From contig JAUVTO010000002.1 of assembly GCA_030601485.1 (NCBI GenBank), positions 1 to 36,485 on the forward strand: a stretch of 36,485 nt of DNA, read 5' to 3'. Positions 33,086 to 36,485 of this stretch are shown here, in pieces (within the stretch, counting starts at the first letter, position 1; each line of letters starts with the position of its first letter). The notes beneath the pieces were generated by a model that did no database searches, was not told the DNA's origin, and saw only the letters and a list, made by a program, of their open reading frames with translations. This stretch comes from Desulfobacterales bacterium (GTDB lineage: Bacteria > Desulfobacterota > Desulfobacteria > Desulfobacterales > UBA11574). The position numbers and the translations under genes were made by a program.

Positions 33086-34342
33086 ATGGAATATGATATT
33101 AAAGATGTAAAACTGGCCAGGGAAGGTCTGCTGCGGGTTGAATGGGCCAATCAGAGCATGCCGGTCCTAAACAATATAAAGAAAAGGTTTGCAAAGGAAA
33201 AGCCCCTAAAAGGCAAACGCATCGCAGCCTGTCTTCATGTTACCACTGAAACCGCCTCTTTGATGCAGACATTAAAAGCCGGCGGCGCCAAGGTTTCTCT
33301 TTGCGCCTCCAACCCGCTGAGCACACAGGATGATGTGGCGGCTTCCCTTGTAAAGAATGACAAAATTTCCGTTTTTGCCATCAAGGGTGAAGACAACAAA
33401 ACATATTACAAGCATATCCATTCATCGCTGGACATCAAACCTCATTACACCATGGATGATGGCGCCGATCTGGTTTCCACAATTCATTCGGAGCGCCAGG
33501 AACTCATTGAGGGAGTAAAAGGAGGTACGGAGGAAACCACCACCGGAATCATTCGACTCAGAAGTATGGCGGCAGACGGAGTCTTGCAATACCCGATCAT
33601 CTCTGTAAATGACGCCCGGACCAAACATTTTTTTGATAATCGTTACGGTACCGGTCAAAGCACTATGGACGGCATCATTCGGGCCACGAATCGCTTGATC
33701 GCAGGGTCCAATTTTGTGGTCTGCGGTTATGGATGGTGCGGCAAGGGTCTTGCGATGAGAGCGTGCGGAATGGGAGGAAACGTTATTGTAACCGAAGTCG
33801 ATCCCACAACCGCTCTTGAAGCGGTTATGGACGGATTTACCGTAATGCCGATCCGGCAGGCGGCGAGAATCGGTGATTTTTTCTGTACGGTTACCGGGAA
33901 CATCAATGTGATACGCAAAGAACATTTCGAGGTCATGAAAGACGGTGCTATTGTAGCCAATTCCGGTCATTTTAATGTTGAACTTGATCTTGAGGGGCTC
34001 AAAAGCATAACAAAATCCCACAGGACAATAAGGCCCTTTGTCGAAGAATTTATGCTGGAAAACGACAAACGGATCAATGTTCTGGGTGACGGAAGGCTGA
34101 TAAATCTTGCGGCCGCCGAGGGACATCCGTCAAGTGTTATGGATATGAGTTTTGCCAATCAGGCTTTGAGTATCGAATATATGGTAAAAAGGAAAAAGAG
34201 ATTTAAAAAGGATGTCTATCCGGTACCTGATGAAATAGACAGGGCCATCGCCAAAGAAAAGTTGGCTTCCATGAACGTTAAAATTGACAAACTCACCGCT
34301 GAACAGAAAAAATACTTGGCGTCGTGGAGTATGGGAACCTAA
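33086..34342 (+). CDS. ahcY: Adenosylhomocysteinase
   Basis: 418 aa with an NAD-binding GYGWCGKG motif and AhcY blocks ([31 protein letters not shown]). SD GGAG upstream. Confidence 0.93.
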   Translation: MEYDIKDVKLAREGLLRVEWANQSMPVLNNIKKRFAKEKPLKGKRIAACLHVTTETASLMQTLKAGGAKVSLCASNPLSTQDDVAASLVKNDKISVFAIKGEDNKTYYKHIHSSLDIKPHYTMDDGADLVSTIHSERQELIEGVKGGTEETTTGIIRLRSMAADGVLQYPIISVNDARTKHFFDNRYGTGQSTMDGIIRATNRLIAGSNFVVCGYGWCGKGLAMRACGMGGNVIVTEVDPTTALEAVMDGFTVMPIRQAARIGDFFCTVTGNINVIRKEHFEVMKDGAIVANSGHFNVELDLEGLKSITKSHRTIRPFVEEFMLENDKRINVLGDGRLINLAAAEGHPSSVMDMSFANQALSIEYMVKRKKRFKKDVYPVPDEIDRAIAKEKLASMNVKIDKLTAEQKKYLASWSMGT

Positions 34343-34370
34343 TGGATTGTCGATCGAGGGATAAATAAAA

Positions 34371-34396
34371 GCTGACCCCTTTTGGGTCGGCTTTTT
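34371..34396. terminator. Bidirectional intrinsic terminator between convergent ahcY and lipoprotein genes
   Basis: GCTGACCC (34371-34378) pairs with GGGTCGGC (34384-34391), with one G:U. It is flanked by an A-run upstream and TTTTT downstream. Confidence 0.75.
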
Positions 34397-35237
34397 ACTC
34401 AACCACAATGATAACCCGGCATTTCTTCATAAAGGAAAGATTCTCGGAAGCACTTCGAAGCCTGCGAGCATCTGCGTTACTGATTACAACGTGGGAATGT
34501 TCGACATCTTCTGTTTTCAACCCTTTTACCGTCAAAGGATTGTCTGAAACCCTCTGATTACTCTGAGCTGCTGCAAGATCCTTTGAATACCCACTCATAC
34601 CCTGCTGTACGGCATATTCACGGCTGACAAAGGCTGATCCATAAACTTCACGTGCGTTTTCGTCAAGTATTTTTGGGGCCATGACAGGCTTTGTTCCAAG
34701 GCCCCGGGTATCAACAACCAATCCGGTAAAAACAGAGGATGAATTCTTAACCGGCGTAATGGTTCTGATCGACTCCAACGGCCTGATTTCCCCTGGAAGA
34801 ACAAGCTGAGCAAATCCACCTCTCAGATTCATCTCCATTGTAACTTCTACGGTTCCGTCTGAAAAATATTCTTTTTTTACAACCTCGGCACGTTGAACCA
34901 TACTCTTTATTTTAGACATAATCATATCATTTTTGCCCTCATAATCTCCGACAACTGTGGTGCCGTCAATCCTGATCGCTTTCGCAACCTCAAGGAGTTT
35001 TCGGCAGGCATCCAGGGTTGCATCTTGTAAAGCGGTTGAACGTGCTTTGACGCGGTTAGAGAGCTTATTAGGAAGAACCCCTATCCCTTTTGCTTGAATG
35101 ACACCCCTGCTCCAATTAATGACCCCTTGTGTCTTTTGCTCGACAACGTCCTGGTCCCGATATTCATTACAAAATCCAACAGCAGGAATTAGCATCAGCA
35201 ACATAAGTGCCAAAGCAAAAGTCGGCTGATTTTTCAT
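34395..35237 (-). CDS. LPP20-like lipoprotein
   Basis: Start set at ATG 35237 (MKNQPTFALALMLLMLIPAVGFC, with a lipobox-like VGFC), 5 nt after SD AAGGAG. ARSTALQDATLDACRKLLE resembles the LPP20 family core. Confidence 0.6.
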   Translation of the reverse strand: MKNQPTFALALMLLMLIPAVGFCNEYRDQDVVEQKTQGVINWSRGVIQAKGIGVLPNKLSNRVKARSTALQDATLDACRKLLEVAKAIRIDGTTVVGDYEGKNDMIMSKIKSMVQRAEVVKKEYFSDGTVEVTMEMNLRGGFAQLVLPGEIRPLESIRTITPVKNSSSVFTGLVVDTRGLGTKPVMAPKILDENAREVYGSAFVSREYAVQQGMSGYSKDLAAAQSNQRVSDNPLTVKGLKTEDVEHSHVVISNADARRLRSASENLSFMKKCRVIIVVE

Positions 35238-35378
35238 AATAACTCCTTGGCCTATTTTTTTAATCATATCGTTTTTCAAAATAACGTTTGGTTTCAGAGG
35301 CCGATCCATCAGAACATATTCCCGAGAATCCTCCGAATAACACTGAGTTAATCACTTAGTTTTGTCAATAATAATTTT

Positions 35379-35398
35379 GACAGTCTCGTAAAAAGTCC
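35379..35398 (-). repeat. Inverted solo fragment of the right end of the 121-bp repeat
   Basis: GACAGTCTCGTAAAAAGTCC equals the reverse complement of copy A's right end (GGACTTTTTACGAGACCGTC, 392-411) with 1 mismatch. Confidence 0.75.
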
Positions 35399-35409
35399 GA
35401 TTTAGACGG

Positions 35410-35530
35410 TTTCGTAAAAAGTTCAAATTCAAGGCGTGCAAATTTTGTAATCATGAGGCGTACTTTTCGTACGTTGAATGATTACGAAATGCAGCACAAC
35501 GCAGAAGTTGGACTTTTTACAAAACCGTCA
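35410..35530 (+). repeat. 121-bp long-hairpin repeat, copy B
   Basis: Aligns to 292-412 with 5 mismatches. It overlaps the last codons and the stop of minus-strand dusB. Confidence 0.9.
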
Positions 35531-36482
35531 ATTTTTTATATTCTTCGATCCGGTATAGGGCATCTTTTTCGGTCGAAATCTGTTTGATGGATTCGCGGAA
35601 TCTGCTGCTGTAACGCAATCCCTTGACAAACCAACCGAGCCGGCTGCGCATCATCCGGATCGCCCGCTGCTCTCCAAAGTATATTACAGAAGATCTAAGA
35701 TATTGGGCCATAACTTCAAAACGCCGGTATGGATCAGGGAAAGAAACTTTATTATCCCGGATTAGCTCAAGTACCTGAGAAAAAATCCAGGGGTTGCCGA
35801 TGGCCGCTCTGCCGATCATGACGGCATCACACCCCGTTTGATTTTGCATCTTCAACACATCTTCAGGCTTTATGATATCCCCGTTTCCTATTACAGGGAT
35901 TGAAGCAGTATCTTTAATAGCGGCAATCACGGGCCAGTCGGCCTTGCCCCGAAACCCCTGATTTGCCGTGCGCGGGTGCACTGTAATAGCGTCCACGCCG
36001 CATGCTTGAGCTATTTCAGTTATTTTTAAGGCCTGGTCGCCGGAACTGTCCCATCCGGTTCTTATTTTTATGGTCAACGGAATTTTTACCGTTCTACGAA
36101 TTGCCCGAAGAATTTTTTCGACCTTTTGCGGTTCTTTCATAAGGGCCGCACCTGAACCGGTTTTTAGCACTTTTTTTACCGCACAGCCAAGGTTAATGTC
36201 GAGGATATCGGCCCCTGAGGATTCAACTATGGTTGCAGCTTCAGCCATAAGCGAACAATCCGAACCGAATATCTGAACGGACAACGGTTTCTCTGCAGGA
36301 TGGCTGCGGAGCAATTCATGTGTTTTAACCGAGTTGTAAACCAGACCGTTAGAACTGATCATTTCCGAGCAGACCAGTGCACAACCCGCTTCTTTGGCCA
36401 GTAGCCGGAAGGGCAGATTGGTAATACCTGCAAGTGGGGCTAAAACCGTGATATTATCGAGTGTAACGGAACCTATTTTCAT
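35517..36482 (-). CDS. dusB: tRNA-dihydrouridine synthase (DusB-like)
   Basis: 321 aa with LAPLAGITNLPFR, DINLGCAVKKV, TIKIRTGW and ITVHPRT, all Dus-family FMN/active-site blocks. Confidence 0.9.
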   Translation of the reverse strand: MKIGSVTLDNITVLAPLAGITNLPFRLLAKEAGCALVCSEMISSNGLVYNSVKTHELLRSHPAEKPLSVQIFGSDCSLMAEAATIVESSGADILDINLGCAVKKVLKTGSGAALMKEPQKVEKILRAIRRTVKIPLTIKIRTGWDSSGDQALKITEIAQACGVDAITVHPRTANQGFRGKADWPVIAAIKDTASIPVIGNGDIIKPEDVLKMQNQTGCDAVMIGRAAIGNPWIFSQVLELIRDNKVSFPDPYRRFEVMAQYLRSSVIYFGEQRAIRMMRSRLGWFVKGLRYSSRFRESIKQISTEKDALYRIEEYKKLTVL

Positions 36483-36485
36483 TTT

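Noticed and set aside
292-35530. The two direct 121-bp repeats as boundaries of a 35-kb genomic island
   Set aside because: The enclosed genes are core metabolism (ATP synthase, thiamine, glycogen, SAM cycle). There is no integrase, transposase or tRNA attachment site. The repeats behave like dispersed small elements.

Overview
This 36.5-kb chromosomal segment looks like an anaerobic Desulfobacterota (Desulfobacterales-like) bacterium, judged from gene content only. It is mostly core metabolism. From left to right: the end of an RND efflux pump; an MBL-hydrolase/DHH-phosphoesterase pair (-); and an Fo-only ATP synthase cluster (atpZ-like, atpI, atpB, a four-hairpin fused c subunit, a normal c subunit, b', b). 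Next comes a TPP riboswitch with terminator in front of thiC-thiF-thiG-thiH-thiS-thiE. A minus-strand block follows with two PilZ proteins, a stand-alone CBM48 glycogen-binding protein, an ABM protein, CFA synthase and a PAS histidine kinase/LuxR response regulator pair. An 11-kb minus-strand glycogen operon then encodes a 1434-aa GH13+GH133 debrancher, phosphorylase, synthase, eukaryote-type branching enzyme and DUF72. The window ends with panC, metK, ahcY, an LPP20-like lipoprotein and dusB. Three observations stand out. (1) A 323-aa F-type c subunit is built of four fused hairpins, and only hairpins 1 and 4 keep the ion-binding Glu. It sits next to a single-hairpin c subunit carrying a two-carboxylate Na+-type signature. 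(2) A roughly 100-bp conserved intergenic element occurs three times, plus one degenerate copy, all in the same orientation. Each copy lies upstream of a minus-strand transcription unit clustered around the two-component system. (3) A 121-bp long-hairpin repeat occurs at both ends of the window and supplies the last codons and stop codon of two unrelated genes. No rRNA, tRNA, CRISPR array, transposase or integrase was recognised. All calls come from reading the sequence and ORF translations by eye; no searches were run.
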